Shown in pieces: positions 29,586 through 39,276 of a DNA stretch of 64,000 nt (positions are counted from its first letter, which is position 1; every line of letters starts with the position of its first letter). The position numbers and the translations under genes are program-made. The notes below the pieces were generated by a model. That model made no database searches. It was not told where the DNA came from and was given only the letters and a program-made list of their open reading frames with translations. Source of the stretch: Candidatus Bathyarchaeum tardum (GTDB lineage: Archaea > Thermoproteota > Bathyarchaeia > Bathyarchaeales > Bathyarchaeaceae); NCBI GenBank assembly GCA_024650005.2, contig CP122380.1:128001-192000 (forward strand). Reading direction: 5' to 3'.

Positions 29586-30227
29586 ATGGAATTTTCACAA
29601 GAAGAAATTATTAATAGAATACTAAACGAAGCAACAGCGGAAGCTGAACTAACTATAAAAAAAGCAAAAGAATCTGCCGAATTATTGCTAGAGAACCAAC
29701 GGCAAACTGCTTGTGCTAACGCAGAAAAAGAGGCAAACTCCATCTTGAAAAGAGCCCAAAATGAGGCAGAACTTATTCGAGTAAAAACAATAACGGACAT
29801 CAAGAGACAAGCAGACTGGATAGTATTATCGGAAAAAAATCGATTAATTGAAAACGTAATAGATTCTGTGAAACAACGACTCATGGATTTGGAGAAAACT
29901 TCGAAATATGTTCCTTTGCTCGAAAAATTAACAGTCGAGGCAGGTTCTGCTTTGGGCGGTGGAATGTTAACTGTTTTCTTAAACAAAACTGATTCTAAAT
30001 TGAAGTTAAATTTCGATAAATTGGAAAAGGAAATAACCTCGAAAACGGGTGTTGAAACCAAACTTTCTTTTTCTAACGAAAACATAACCGCCACGGGTGT
30101 TGTTGTTAAAACATTTGATAACAAAATTTTCGTAGATAACACCTTTGACTCAATCCTTAGACGAGAAGAAAAAGAACTCAAAATTAAAATAGCACAAATT
30201 CTGTTCAAGTCAATTGAAAGTTTTTAA
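29586..30227 (+). CDS. atpE: A/V-type ATPase subunit E
   Basis: IINRILNEATAEA, and the C-terminal GVVV...IFVDNTFDSIL. Confidence 0.9.
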   Translation: MEFSQEEIINRILNEATAEAELTIKKAKESAELLLENQRQTACANAEKEANSILKRAQNEAELIRVKTITDIKRQADWIVLSEKNRLIENVIDSVKQRLMDLEKTSKYVPLLEKLTVEAGSALGGGMLTVFLNKTDSKLKLNFDKLEKEITSKTGVETKLSFSNENITATGVVVKTFDNKIFVDNTFDSILRREEKELKIKIAQILFKSIESF

Positions 30228-30420
30228 TCTTATTCAAAGGCACAATCCAGAAGTTGTTAAAAATATTAGATTATTCAGAAATCAAGTTTATCCTTTGGTG
30301 AGTAACGTGGATTTGTTACCATAATTTACAAGCAAAATATTGAATGAATTTAAAATTAAAATAATTTTTTGTGGTTAGTAAATGTAAGTTTCAATTATTA
30401 TATAATTTCAGAGGGAAAAA

Positions 30421-31314
30421 CTAACGAATTTTGTTGTTTTTCCAGTTTTCAATTATGTTTATGATCGGTTCACATTTGTGTTTTTGTAAAAACTTGATGA
30501 CTTCGCTGTCTGTTACAAGTTTTCCTTGTATTTCTTTGGTTATGTAGGGGTCATGGGTAGCAAGTATTATTCCATTAGCGTAATTGGATACCGAAATAAT
30601 TGCTGATAGCAAGTTTTTTAGTTTAGGACCGGGGTTGCTTGCGTACAGTTCAATGTAGAGTGGTTTTTCTAGTTGTTTACTAAAATCAAGGGCTAATGTT
30701 TCCACCCAGTATGTTGTTGAGTACGCCAAATCGTAGATTGGAACCAAAAAGAAGTCAACATATTTTGCTAAAGCTTGGGCGTCTTCGCCGTATCTTTGTT
30801 TGCCAAAGCATGGGTCGGGCAGTAATGTTACTGAGAAGCTTTTGTTTTTTTCTCTAACCAATTTTGAAACTTGTGCTACGAAATCAGTTACTGTTTTTGC
30901 TCGCCACTCTGTCCATTCTAGGTTGCTTTCTTTAAGTTCTTTTACACAGCGCTCACAGGTGCAATATTCGGACCTTGGAAAACCAATGGATTCTAAATGA
31001 ATTCCTGTAACGTCAGCTTTCAAGGTGTTTTTTACTAAATCAAGAATCTGTTTTTTATATTCTTCACCACTTGGACAAATAACGTCCCAAAGAAACCTGT
31101 GATTTTTGTTTCTTCTAACTGCTTTGCCCTGTTTAGAAACAGCTACCCACTCAGGCTTTTTTCTTGCAGTTACGTTATCGCCAAAACAACTGATTATGTT
31201 AAATACGTTGTCTGCTGGTTTTTTGATTCTTCCTGTGCAGGATTTAACACAATAAAATGTTTTGTCAAAACCTTCAATTGGTTCTGGTTTGCTTGTTAGC
31301 ACTCCTATTTTCAT
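30421..31314 (-). CDS. Glycoside-hydrolase-like TIM-barrel protein with CxCxxC
   Basis: KPEWVAV, ICPS.EEY, GIHLESIGFP, YCTCERC, WTEWR, YG.D..LAKYVDF resemble DUF187/GHL-type proteins. Confidence 0.6.
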   Translation of the reverse strand: MKIGVLTSKPEPIEGFDKTFYCVKSCTGRIKKPADNVFNIISCFGDNVTARKKPEWVAVSKQGKAVRRNKNHRFLWDVICPSGEEYKKQILDLVKNTLKADVTGIHLESIGFPRSEYCTCERCVKELKESNLEWTEWRAKTVTDFVAQVSKLVREKNKSFSVTLLPDPCFGKQRYGEDAQALAKYVDFFLVPIYDLAYSTTYWVETLALDFSKQLEKPLYIELYASNPGPKLKNLLSAIISVSNYANGIILATHDPYITKEIQGKLVTDSEVIKFLQKHKCEPIINIIENWKNNKIR

Positions 31315-31495
31315 TTTTATTTATCCACAAAGAATAGTTGAATAGCTTATTGCATTTATTTTTTCTTAACATCATTTTTATTTTCGATATTTAAGTGAGA
31401 AAATTTGATCAAGTTTTTCATTATCACGGTTCTATTTAAAATTTTTATTTTATTTTTTAAAAAAAATTACGTTATTTTCAACAAAAAATTAATAA

Positions 31496-32644
31496 ATGAT
31501 TGATGAGTTTTGGGCGGTATCTGCCTTCGGATTGTGTCTAAATATCGTAATCTCTGACCCTGAAAATAATGAAGTAGCAAATGATTTTGCCATTCCCGTA
31601 GACCTTATTCGATGCTGCGGTATCATAATGGTTTTGTTGCTTCACGCTGCAAACGAATACTACACAACCATCTTGCTCAGTCCCCTTGAATCAGGTTTTT
31701 ACTGGTGGACTTCTACCGTTTATAAGTCTTTGACTTTGCCTTGTGTTCCCTTATTTGTTATGCTTAGTGGAGCTTTGCTCCTTCAGCCTTCAAAACTTAA
31801 CGAACCTATTCGGGTCTTTTTCAAAAAACGCTTCAACCGACTCGGTGCTGCCTTTGTTTTCTGGAGTTTTGTTTATCTGGCATGGGCTTTCTTTACTTCT
31901 AGTACCCCTGTTACTTTTTACAACTTTGTTGAAGGCACCCTTTTCAGTTTCTTTTCAGGCTCTTATTACCATTTCTGGTTCATTTACATCATAGTAGGTC
32001 TTTATTTGATTACCCCGATTTTGCGTGCAATAGTCCAATGTGATTCCCAAAAAATTATCAAATATCTCGTAACTTTATGGTTTATTGGCGTAGCATTGGT
32101 TCCCGTTGTCCAGTTGGTTACTGGATATGCTCTAAATGAAGGGCTATTTGTTATGGGTGGCACAATTGGTTACTTTGTCTTAGGTATATACTTGCAGCGG
32201 GTGAAAGTTCGATCATCATTTTTGTATGGGCTGTTTTTTGCAAGTGTATTTTTTACCATTATTTGTACCTGGCTTATGCGTTTTCATTTCTATTCTATTG
32301 GTCAAAAGTATTTCTTTTTTGATTATTTGTCTGTCAATGTGATTTTGGCTTCTGTTACTTTGTTCATGATATTATGTAAATTCCCTCCTGATTGGCCAGG
32401 TGGGAAGCATCCTGTTATTCGTCGTGTTACTCATGCCATAAGCCAGAACACTTTGTCCATCTATCTGTTTCATCTAATAATTATGGAAACCCTTCAACGA
32501 GGATATCTAGGATTCCAACTAAGTTTAACAACAATAAACCCTGTTATTGGGGTTCCAATTATCACTACATTTACGTTGTTTATTACCCTTGGATTAATTC
32601 TTATTATGAAAAAAATACCTATACTAAAAACATTAATCGGCTAA
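31496..32644 (+). CDS. Acyltransferase-3 family membrane O-acetyltransferase (WecH/YiaH-like)
   Basis: DLIR...MVLLLH, CVPLFVMLSGALL, FFKKR, YHFWFIY, SIYLFH. About 10 TM segments. Confidence 0.9.
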   Translation: MIDEFWAVSAFGLCLNIVISDPENNEVANDFAIPVDLIRCCGIIMVLLLHAANEYYTTILLSPLESGFYWWTSTVYKSLTLPCVPLFVMLSGALLLQPSKLNEPIRVFFKKRFNRLGAAFVFWSFVYLAWAFFTSSTPVTFYNFVEGTLFSFFSGSYYHFWFIYIIVGLYLITPILRAIVQCDSQKIIKYLVTLWFIGVALVPVVQLVTGYALNEGLFVMGGTIGYFVLGIYLQRVKVRSSFLYGLFFASVFFTIICTWLMRFHFYSIGQKYFFFDYLSVNVILASVTLFMILCKFPPDWPGGKHPVIRRVTHAISQNTLSIYLFHLIIMETLQRGYLGFQLSLTTINPVIGVPIITTFTLFITLGLILIMKKIPILKTLIG

Positions 32645-32667
32645 TTTTTCATTTACATAACTGAACT

Positions 32668-33288
32668 TCAACTGGAACCATTAATCGCATCATAAACTTG
32701 GTTTGCTATCACGGTTGCGCCCTTACTGTTGGGGTGGATTCCGTCAATAAAATATTCTGGATGATTTTGCATTTCACTGTAAACGTCAATAATTGATATT
32801 TTCTGATCGATTGCTACTTGTTCAATCCGGGGAATTATTTCTTCTGAAAAACTTTCAGGTTCCAAATCAAGATTGTTTTCAAAAATTGGAGGGGGTTTCA
32901 CAAGAAAGATTTTTGGTTTGGTGCCAAGTTCTTGGATTTGTTCAACTATCTTTGTGTAATCTCTAACAAAATTGTCTATTGATTCAAAATTATCTGTACG
33001 GGCATCGTTGGTTCCAAGCATGACAATAACAATCTTTGGCAAAAATTTTATTGCCTCCAAAAATTCAGTTTGCTCAACGTATGGCGTGTACGTGTCAAAC
33101 AACACTGTTGCCCCCATTATTCCAAAACTTGCAACTTTATAGTTGTCGCCAAGCATGTTTTGCAGTTGACTTGGGTAATTGCTAAAATGTTCGTCTGTTA
33201 TGCTGTCTCCAATGCATGCAACACGGATTTTTTTTGTGTCATTTATAATATTCATATTAGTTTGAACAATTATTGCTGTCAAAACCAA
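32668..33288 (-). CDS. SGNH/GDSL hydrolase (acetylesterase-like)
   Basis: CIGDSIT, GIMGAT, MLGTND, DGIHPN blocks. Confidence 0.92.
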   Translation of the reverse strand: MVLTAIIVQTNMNIINDTKKIRVACIGDSITDEHFSNYPSQLQNMLGDNYKVASFGIMGATVLFDTYTPYVEQTEFLEAIKFLPKIVIVMLGTNDARTDNFESIDNFVRDYTKIVEQIQELGTKPKIFLVKPPPIFENNLDLEPESFSEEIIPRIEQVAIDQKISIIDVYSEMQNHPEYFIDGIHPNSKGATVIANQVYDAINGSS

Positions 33289-33460
33289 AATCAGTACCCC
33301 TGTTACACTGTATTTTATTACTTTTTTTCTGGGTATGTTAATTTTTTCTTCCTCACAACGTGGAATGTCAAATTCTAATTATGAAATCTTCTAAAAAAAT
33401 TTGCACCTCAAATTGACCCTACTCCTTTTTACTTTTGGTCAGGTGCTCGATTTTATTGTT

Positions 33461-34324
33461 TTAATCATCGCCATCTATGTATAACAACTCATAAAGACCT
33501 TGATAGCTTTGTCCATCATTTGCATCAACATGATAAATCGCTGAAGGAGCACTGGAAAAGTTTCTGTCTAAATATTCTTGGGCTGGTCTAACAGTAATTT
33601 CCCAAATATATCTGTAAGTTCCGTTTGCATCGGTAACTGGAGCGTAACTTGTTACTTTTTCTGTTACTTCATACATTCTTGCAACTGGAATTAATCTCTT
33701 AATTGGTTCTTCTAGCACTGAAATCTGCATTAATTTTACTTCAAACTTGAAAATCACTAACTTTGCGTTGACGACCATTCCTTGAAGGTTTTGTGTGTTC
33801 CACTCTCCTCTAAGACCAATTTTTATGGCTTCAGTTTTTGATATTGGCGGAGCGTCGTCTGAAGAAACCAGCATTGACGTGTAACAGTCCCATAATAATT
33901 CATTTGAATTCAGTAGCATTTGGTTATCTTCAGATATTTTTGCTAATGCTGAATATTGAAGATAATTTGCGCTTGCCAAAAAAGCAAATCCAATTATTAA
34001 CAATAAACTGATATATTTCCAGTTTTTGGACAAAAATCCTGAAGAATGATGTGTTACATGTGGTGTTTCTTCGACTTTTGACATCATTGCCATTGCGGCT
34101 TCTCCCAAAAATGAGAGTTTGTATTTTCCATCCTCTGTTTTTGAAACTAGTTCTCCAAGGTTGTCCAAGTGATAGTTAAAATGGGAGCTAGAAATTCCAA
34201 GGGATTCAAACATGTCCGAAAAACTTCTCGGTTCTTCTGCTAACATTTTCAGAATTTTTCTGCGAACCGAATGATTCAAAGAAGTGAAAATACTCGAATA
34301 AGTTTCTTCTTCAAAACTTGTCAT
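33461..34324 (-). CDS. ArsR-like wHTH + TM helix + C-terminal extramembrane domain
   Basis: FTSLNHSVRRKIL...SSSHFNYHL...YKLS..GE; hydrophobic ISLLLIIGFAFLA; PepSY-like ISKTEAIKI...YHVDANDG. Confidence 0.75.
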   Translation of the reverse strand: MTSFEEETYSSIFTSLNHSVRRKILKMLAEEPRSFSDMFESLGISSSHFNYHLDNLGELVSKTEDGKYKLSFLGEAAMAMMSKVEETPHVTHHSSGFLSKNWKYISLLLIIGFAFLASANYLQYSALAKISEDNQMLLNSNELLWDCYTSMLVSSDDAPPISKTEAIKIGLRGEWNTQNLQGMVVNAKLVIFKFEVKLMQISVLEEPIKRLIPVARMYEVTEKVTSYAPVTDANGTYRYIWEITVRPAQEYLDRNFSSAPSAIYHVDANDGQSYQGLYELLYIDGDD

Positions 34325-34594
34325 TATTCTACTCCCTTCAATTATTGATTCATGTTTTTAGGTAAAACTTTTTTCTCAAAAATTTTTACCAAACTTTTTT
34401 CCTGTAACTACTAAATGCGTTTAGTTAAGTAACTTTTTCGGTTTTTTGCTGCGTTCAATTGTAAGTTTTGCATTATTTTTTTTGTTTGGATTTTCTTTGG
34501 ATAGTTTGGGAACCATAATGTTTACCTGGCTATAAATGAAAATAAAGTTGGTTTCAATATTTTACTGAAATTAGTATTCTAATATGTACTGTTG

Positions 34595-35260
34595 TTAGTT
34601 TGTTTTTGTTCTTGCTTGGGTTATTAAGTCTGTTAATGTGGCAAAGGCTTTGCTGACGTTTTCCATGGCAAGGACGATTATTGTTTCTGTGAAGCAACTC
34701 ATGGTTTCTTCAATGTTTATGTGGCGCCGCGAGAGAGCGTTGTAGAATGCTTGGACACATCCCGACGTATATGTTATTTCGTCTGGGCTGCGAATGATTA
34801 TGGTTGCTAGGTTTTGTTTTTGGTTGATTATTTGATTTTGATTGAATATTGATGTTATTTCGTTGAAAGAGTTAAAGTCAGAAATCAAGGTGATTATGGT
34901 ATTTCCCTCAATTATTTGTAAAAATTCTCCTTGGAATGTGGCGAGGGCTTTTCTTACTTTTTCTAGGGTTTCTTTTGTTTTGTGTACAGAAACTTTTGCC
35001 ATGTCAGTTCGGATGTTTAGGTCACTGCCTGCTACTACTTGAGTGATTTTTCCTTCTAGGATTGTGTAGTTTGTTTTTGCTCGTTTAACCGAAGTTATCA
35101 CACTTTCTAGGTTTACGTCAGTGTTTACTGTTTCTTTGATTTTTGGCATGAGTATGCGGGCGATGGCGCTGTAGTTTGCATAATCTCTTTGCAAGGCATC
35201 CTGTAGTGAGAGGTCTTCGTCTATTATGTTTTGCACGGTTTTAGATATAGAGTTGACCAT
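34595..35260 (-). CDS. ACT-domain protein with N-terminal helical (HTH-like) domain; candidate regulator
   Basis: NYSAIAR..P.I...ESVITSVKR; C-terminal ACT G....YNAL...INIEETMSCFTET. Confidence 0.75.
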   Translation of the reverse strand: MVNSISKTVQNIIDEDLSLQDALQRDYANYSAIARILMPKIKETVNTDVNLESVITSVKRAKTNYTILEGKITQVVAGSDLNIRTDMAKVSVHKTKETLEKVRKALATFQGEFLQIIEGNTIITLISDFNSFNEITSIFNQNQIINQKQNLATIIIRSPDEITYTSGCVQAFYNALSRRHINIEETMSCFTETIIVLAMENVSKAFATLTDLITQARTKTN

Positions 35261-35349
35261 TTTTGGTCACTTTTGTCCATTTTACTTAGATATTGACCAA
35301 AATCTATATAAGGGTTTCTCGAATTAACAACCACAAACTGGGAAACACA

Positions 35350-36561
35350 ATGAAAGATACTGTAATCTTAGCCTATTCAGGTGGACTAGACACGTCCGTT
35401 CTCATAAAATGGTTACAAGAAAACTGTAACGTAGATGTAATTACATTCACCATGGAACTAGGCCAAAAAAGCAACCTAGAAAAAGTCGAAGAAAAAGCCA
35501 ACGCTCTAGGAGTCAAAAAACATTACTCCATAGATGGCACAAAAGAATTCATAACAAAGTACGTATTTCCTGCCATCAAAGCAAACGCCCTTTACGAATC
35601 AAAATACCCAATGGGCACCGCTCTTGGGCGACCCTTAATTGCCAAAAAATTGGTTGAAATCGCCCAAAAAGAAGGCGCCATCGCAGTTGCCCACGGCTGC
35701 ACTGGAAAAGGAAACGACCAAGTCCGATTTGACATCACCGTGAAAGCCTTGGCTCCTGACCTAAAGGTTATGGCTCCTGTACGAGAATGGGGAATGTGCC
35801 GAGAAGAAGAAATCAAATACGCCAAAGAAAAAGGCATAGCAATTCCTCACTTGTCTGACCCTTACAGTATCGACGAAAACATCTGGGGACGAAGCATCGA
35901 ATGCGGACCCCTAGAAAACGCAGACCAAGAACCCCTCGAAGAAATCTACACCGTAACTACTTCCCCCGAAGAAGCGCCAGACACGCCAGAGTATGTTTCA
36001 ATTTGCTTTGAAGGAGGTGTCCCAGTTGCCTTGAACGGCAAAAAAATGGACCCCGTAAAATTAATCGAAGAACTAAACGAAATTGCAGGAAAACATGGAG
36101 TTGGACGAGTAGACCACATCGAAGACCGTCTGGTTGGAATCAAATCAAGGGAAATCTACGAAAACCCTGCCGCAGAAGTTCTGATTGAAGCCCACAAGGA
36201 CCTAGAAAAATTGGTTCTCACCCGGCACGAATTAGAATTCAAAAAAATTATTGACGAAAAATGGGCTTGGATGGTTTACACTGGCTTGTGGATTGACCCC
36301 CTGCGAGAAGCCTTGGACGGGTTCATTAACAAGACCCAAGAACGGGTCTGCGGTGAAGTAAAAATGAAACTATACAAAGGCCGATGCTGGTCGGCGGGAC
36401 GATCTTCTCCGATGTCGTTGTATGACAAGAACTTGGCGACATACGAGGTTGAAACTTCCTTTAATCAAGCCTCTGCTGAAGGCTTTATCGAGCTTTGGGG
36501 ACTCCCCACCCGCGTTGCTACCCAGTTAAAGGAGAAAGCCAAAAAACAAAACAAATGTTAA
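35350..36561 (+). CDS. argG: Argininosuccinate synthase
   Basis: LAYSGGLDTS, HGCTGKGNDQVRF, SIDENIWGRSIE, GIKSREIYE. Start set to ATG 35350. Confidence 0.97.
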   Translation: MKDTVILAYSGGLDTSVLIKWLQENCNVDVITFTMELGQKSNLEKVEEKANALGVKKHYSIDGTKEFITKYVFPAIKANALYESKYPMGTALGRPLIAKKLVEIAQKEGAIAVAHGCTGKGNDQVRFDITVKALAPDLKVMAPVREWGMCREEEIKYAKEKGIAIPHLSDPYSIDENIWGRSIECGPLENADQEPLEEIYTVTTSPEEAPDTPEYVSICFEGGVPVALNGKKMDPVKLIEELNEIAGKHGVGRVDHIEDRLVGIKSREIYENPAAEVLIEAHKDLEKLVLTRHELEFKKIIDEKWAWMVYTGLWIDPLREALDGFINKTQERVCGEVKMKLYKGRCWSAGRSSPMSLYDKNLATYEVETSFNQASAEGFIELWGLPTRVATQLKEKAKKQNKC

Positions 36562-36562
36562 C

Positions 36563-36595
36563 GAAACCAACAACCCAAAACGGGTTGTTTGTTTC
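36563..36595. other. 14-bp hairpin between argG and argH
   Basis: GAAACCAACAACCC-AAAAC-GGGTTGTTTGTTTC, one mismatch. Confidence 0.55.
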
Positions 36596-36630
36596 TCTAA
36601 AAAATAAAAAGGGATTGGATGTGAAAAAAG

Positions 36631-38109
36631 TTGTCTAAGCTGTTGCGTGGAGGACGAATCGGCTCTGCCCGAAAAGATGCCGTAGAGTTTACTGCGTCCA
36701 TAAAAAGTGACAAAAAGTTACTGGAAGCTGTGATTAAAATCAACAAAGCCCACGTAACCATGCTAACAGAACAACAAATCATTTCCACAAAAACTGGTAC
36801 TCAACTTCTCAAAGCACTCTCAGAAATCAACCCAAAAATGGAGTTAGACCCCTGCCTTGAAGACGTTCATCTAGCAGTTGAAGAAGAAATAAACAAAAAA
36901 TTAAAACCTGAAATTGCCGGAAACTTGCACGTTGCAAAAAGCCGAAATGACCAAGTAGCAACCGCAATCCGAATGGCCCTGCGAACCGACATCCTAGACC
37001 TGATCGCAGTCATTGTTGCTTTGCAAGAATCTCTGATTGGGCTTGCAGAAAAAAACACAGAAACTTTAGTTCCGTCGTATACTCACTTGCATCCAGCACA
37101 GCCCATAACTTTTGGTCATCTTCTGGTTTCTTACGTGGACGCCATTGAACGAAGCATCAACCGACTCCAAGAAACATATTCCCGAGTTAACATGTGCCCC
37201 ATGGGTGCCGGCGCAATCGCAACAACCAGTTTCCCAATTAACCGAAACCAAACCGCCCAACTACTGGGCTTTAATGGCGTGCTAGAGAATTCCATAGACG
37301 CCGTAGGCAGCCGAGACTTTGTACTAGAAACCCTCGCAGATCTAACCTTGCTAGCAACAGACGTTAGCCGAATTGCTGAAGACTTTCTAGTTTGGAGCAG
37401 TCCAGACTTTGGGATATTGGACCTTCCAGAAAGTTTTGCCTTCACTAGTAGCATCATGCCTCAGAAGAAAAATCCTGATGTTCTAGAAGTAATCAGGGCA
37501 AGGATGAGCCAAATACTGGGCAACTTTGTAGCCTGTGCAACGACAATGAAAGCATTGCCTTCAGGATACAACTTGGACCTTCAAGAGTTAACTCCTAAAC
37601 TTTGGGAATCCATTGAAACTGTCGAAGAATCTGTTTGTATTCTTTCTGAGCTTGCCAAGAACTTGAAAGTCAACCCTAACGTGTTTGGTAAACAGGTTCT
37701 GAATTACTCAACAGCCACTGAACTGGCTAATATGCTGGTGAAAAAATATGCTGTTCCTTTCCGAAGCTCTCACAAGATAGTGGGAACCATTGTCAAAACC
37801 CTGATTGACAAAAAGTTAGCTCTTTCGGACTTGTCACCTGAACAATTAAATAAGACCGCTAAAGATTGTGCGGGAATCACTCTAGCCGTTAAACTGGAGG
37901 ACATAAAGGACTCTATTGACCCCAAAAAATGTGTTGAAAGCCACAAAACTTTGGGTGGTCCAGCTCCAACAGAAGTCAAACGAATGCTCAAAAACCGATT
38001 AGAGTTAATGAGCAAATCAAAAACAAGCCTCATAGACCAAAAGAGCAGGCTAGAAGAAGCTGACATGGAACTAGAATCTGCGGTTCAGCGTTACTCAACT
38101 AAAAAATGA
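36631..38109 (+). CDS. argH: Argininosuccinate lyase
   Basis: EDVH, SRNDQ, YTHLHPAQP, TSSIMPQKKNPD. Confidence 0.97.
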   Translation: MSKLLRGGRIGSARKDAVEFTASIKSDKKLLEAVIKINKAHVTMLTEQQIISTKTGTQLLKALSEINPKMELDPCLEDVHLAVEEEINKKLKPEIAGNLHVAKSRNDQVATAIRMALRTDILDLIAVIVALQESLIGLAEKNTETLVPSYTHLHPAQPITFGHLLVSYVDAIERSINRLQETYSRVNMCPMGAGAIATTSFPINRNQTAQLLGFNGVLENSIDAVGSRDFVLETLADLTLLATDVSRIAEDFLVWSSPDFGILDLPESFAFTSSIMPQKKNPDVLEVIRARMSQILGNFVACATTMKALPSGYNLDLQELTPKLWESIETVEESVCILSELAKNLKVNPNVFGKQVLNYSTATELANMLVKKYAVPFRSSHKIVGTIVKTLIDKKLALSDLSPEQLNKTAKDCAGITLAVKLEDIKDSIDPKKCVESHKTLGGPAPTEVKRMLKNRLELMSKSKTSLIDQKSRLEEADMELESAVQRYSTKK

Positions 38110-38133
38110 TTACAAATAGTGTAGGTCATAAAA

Positions 38134-39276
38134 GTGAACACAAAAAGTAAACAAACCGGCAAAGCTGTTCTTGTTTTAGAAGATGGCTCCACCTTTGTTG
38201 GACATGGTTTTGGCGCCCCAAAAAAAGTATCCGGAGAAATCGTGTTTTCCACCTCTATGGTTGGATACCCCGAATCCTTAACTGACCCTTCATACAAGGG
38301 GCAAATCCTTACCTTCACGTATCCTTTGGTTGGAAACTATGGTGTTCCACCTTACGTGGAAGAAAACAGTGTCATCAAATATTTTGAATCCGACAGCATC
38401 AAAGTAACTGGCTTTATTGTTCACGAACTATGCAAAAACCCATTCCATTGGGCAAGTACCCGAACCCTTGACCAATGGCTCAAAGACGAAGACGTCCCCG
38501 GAATTTACGGAATCGACACCCGAAAACTCACCAAAAAACTGCGAGTAAATGGTGTCATGCTGGGAATCTTAAAAGTTTGTGAAGCAGGGGAAGAACCAAA
38601 CATACCTGAACTGGTTGAAGAAGTAAAAACTGTAAAAGACCCCAACTTCACTGACCTCGCAAAACAAGTAACAGTCAAACAACCAACCCTTTATCCTTCA
38701 GGAGGCGACCACACCGCAGTTTTAATCGACTGTGGTGTCAAATATGGCATAATCCGTAACCTGCAACGCATCGGCTTTGATGTTATGCGGGTTCCTTATG
38801 ATTTTACTGCAGATCAGATTCTGCAATACAACCCTGACGCCGTAATGATAAGCAATGGTCCAGGAGACCCCAAAAACTGTGTTCAAACCGTTGAAACCGT
38901 GGCAGAATTACTGGACGAAAACATGCCCATGATGGGCGTATGCCTTGGAACCCAAATTCTGGCTTTGGCTTTAGGCGGGGACACTTACAAACTTAAGTAT
39001 GGTCACCGGTCCCAAAACCAACCTGCTTTGGATTTGGAAACTGGTCGGTGTTACATTACAACTCAAAACCATGGTTATACGGTAAAGCGGGAATCAATTA
39101 AAGAAACCGGATTAAAAGAGTGGTTCATGAACGCCAACGACAAAACCGTTGAAGGCATTAAACACAAAACCAAACCCGCCTTTGCCCTGCAGTGGCATCC
39201 AGAAGCCTCCCCCGGACCTTACGATACGGAATTTCTTTTTGAAAAACTCAAAAAACTAGTAATGGAGGCGGACTAA
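38134..39276 (+). CDS. carA: Carbamoyl-phosphate synthase small chain
   Basis: GYPESLTDPSY, SNGPGDP, GVCLG, QNHGY, QWHPEASPGP. Confidence 0.97.
   Translation: MNTKSKQTGKAVLVLEDGSTFVGHGFGAPKKVSGEIVFSTSMVGYPESLTDPSYKGQILTFTYPLVGNYGVPPYVEENSVIKYFESDSIKVTGFIVHELCKNPFHWASTRTLDQWLKDEDVPGIYGIDTRKLTKKLRVNGVMLGILKVCEAGEEPNIPELVEEVKTVKDPNFTDLAKQVTVKQPTLYPSGGDHTAVLIDCGVKYGIIRNLQRIGFDVMRVPYDFTADQILQYNPDAVMISNGPGDPKNCVQTVETVAELLDENMPMMGVCLGTQILALALGGDTYKLKYGHRSQNQPALDLETGRCYITTQNHGYTVKRESIKETGLKEWFMNANDKTVEGIKHKTKPAFALQWHPEASPGPYDTEFLFEKLKKLVMEAD

Noticed and set aside
16633-34500. Integrated element at tRNA-Leu
   Set aside because: No integrase or transposase, and I found no duplicate of the tRNA 3' end by eye.
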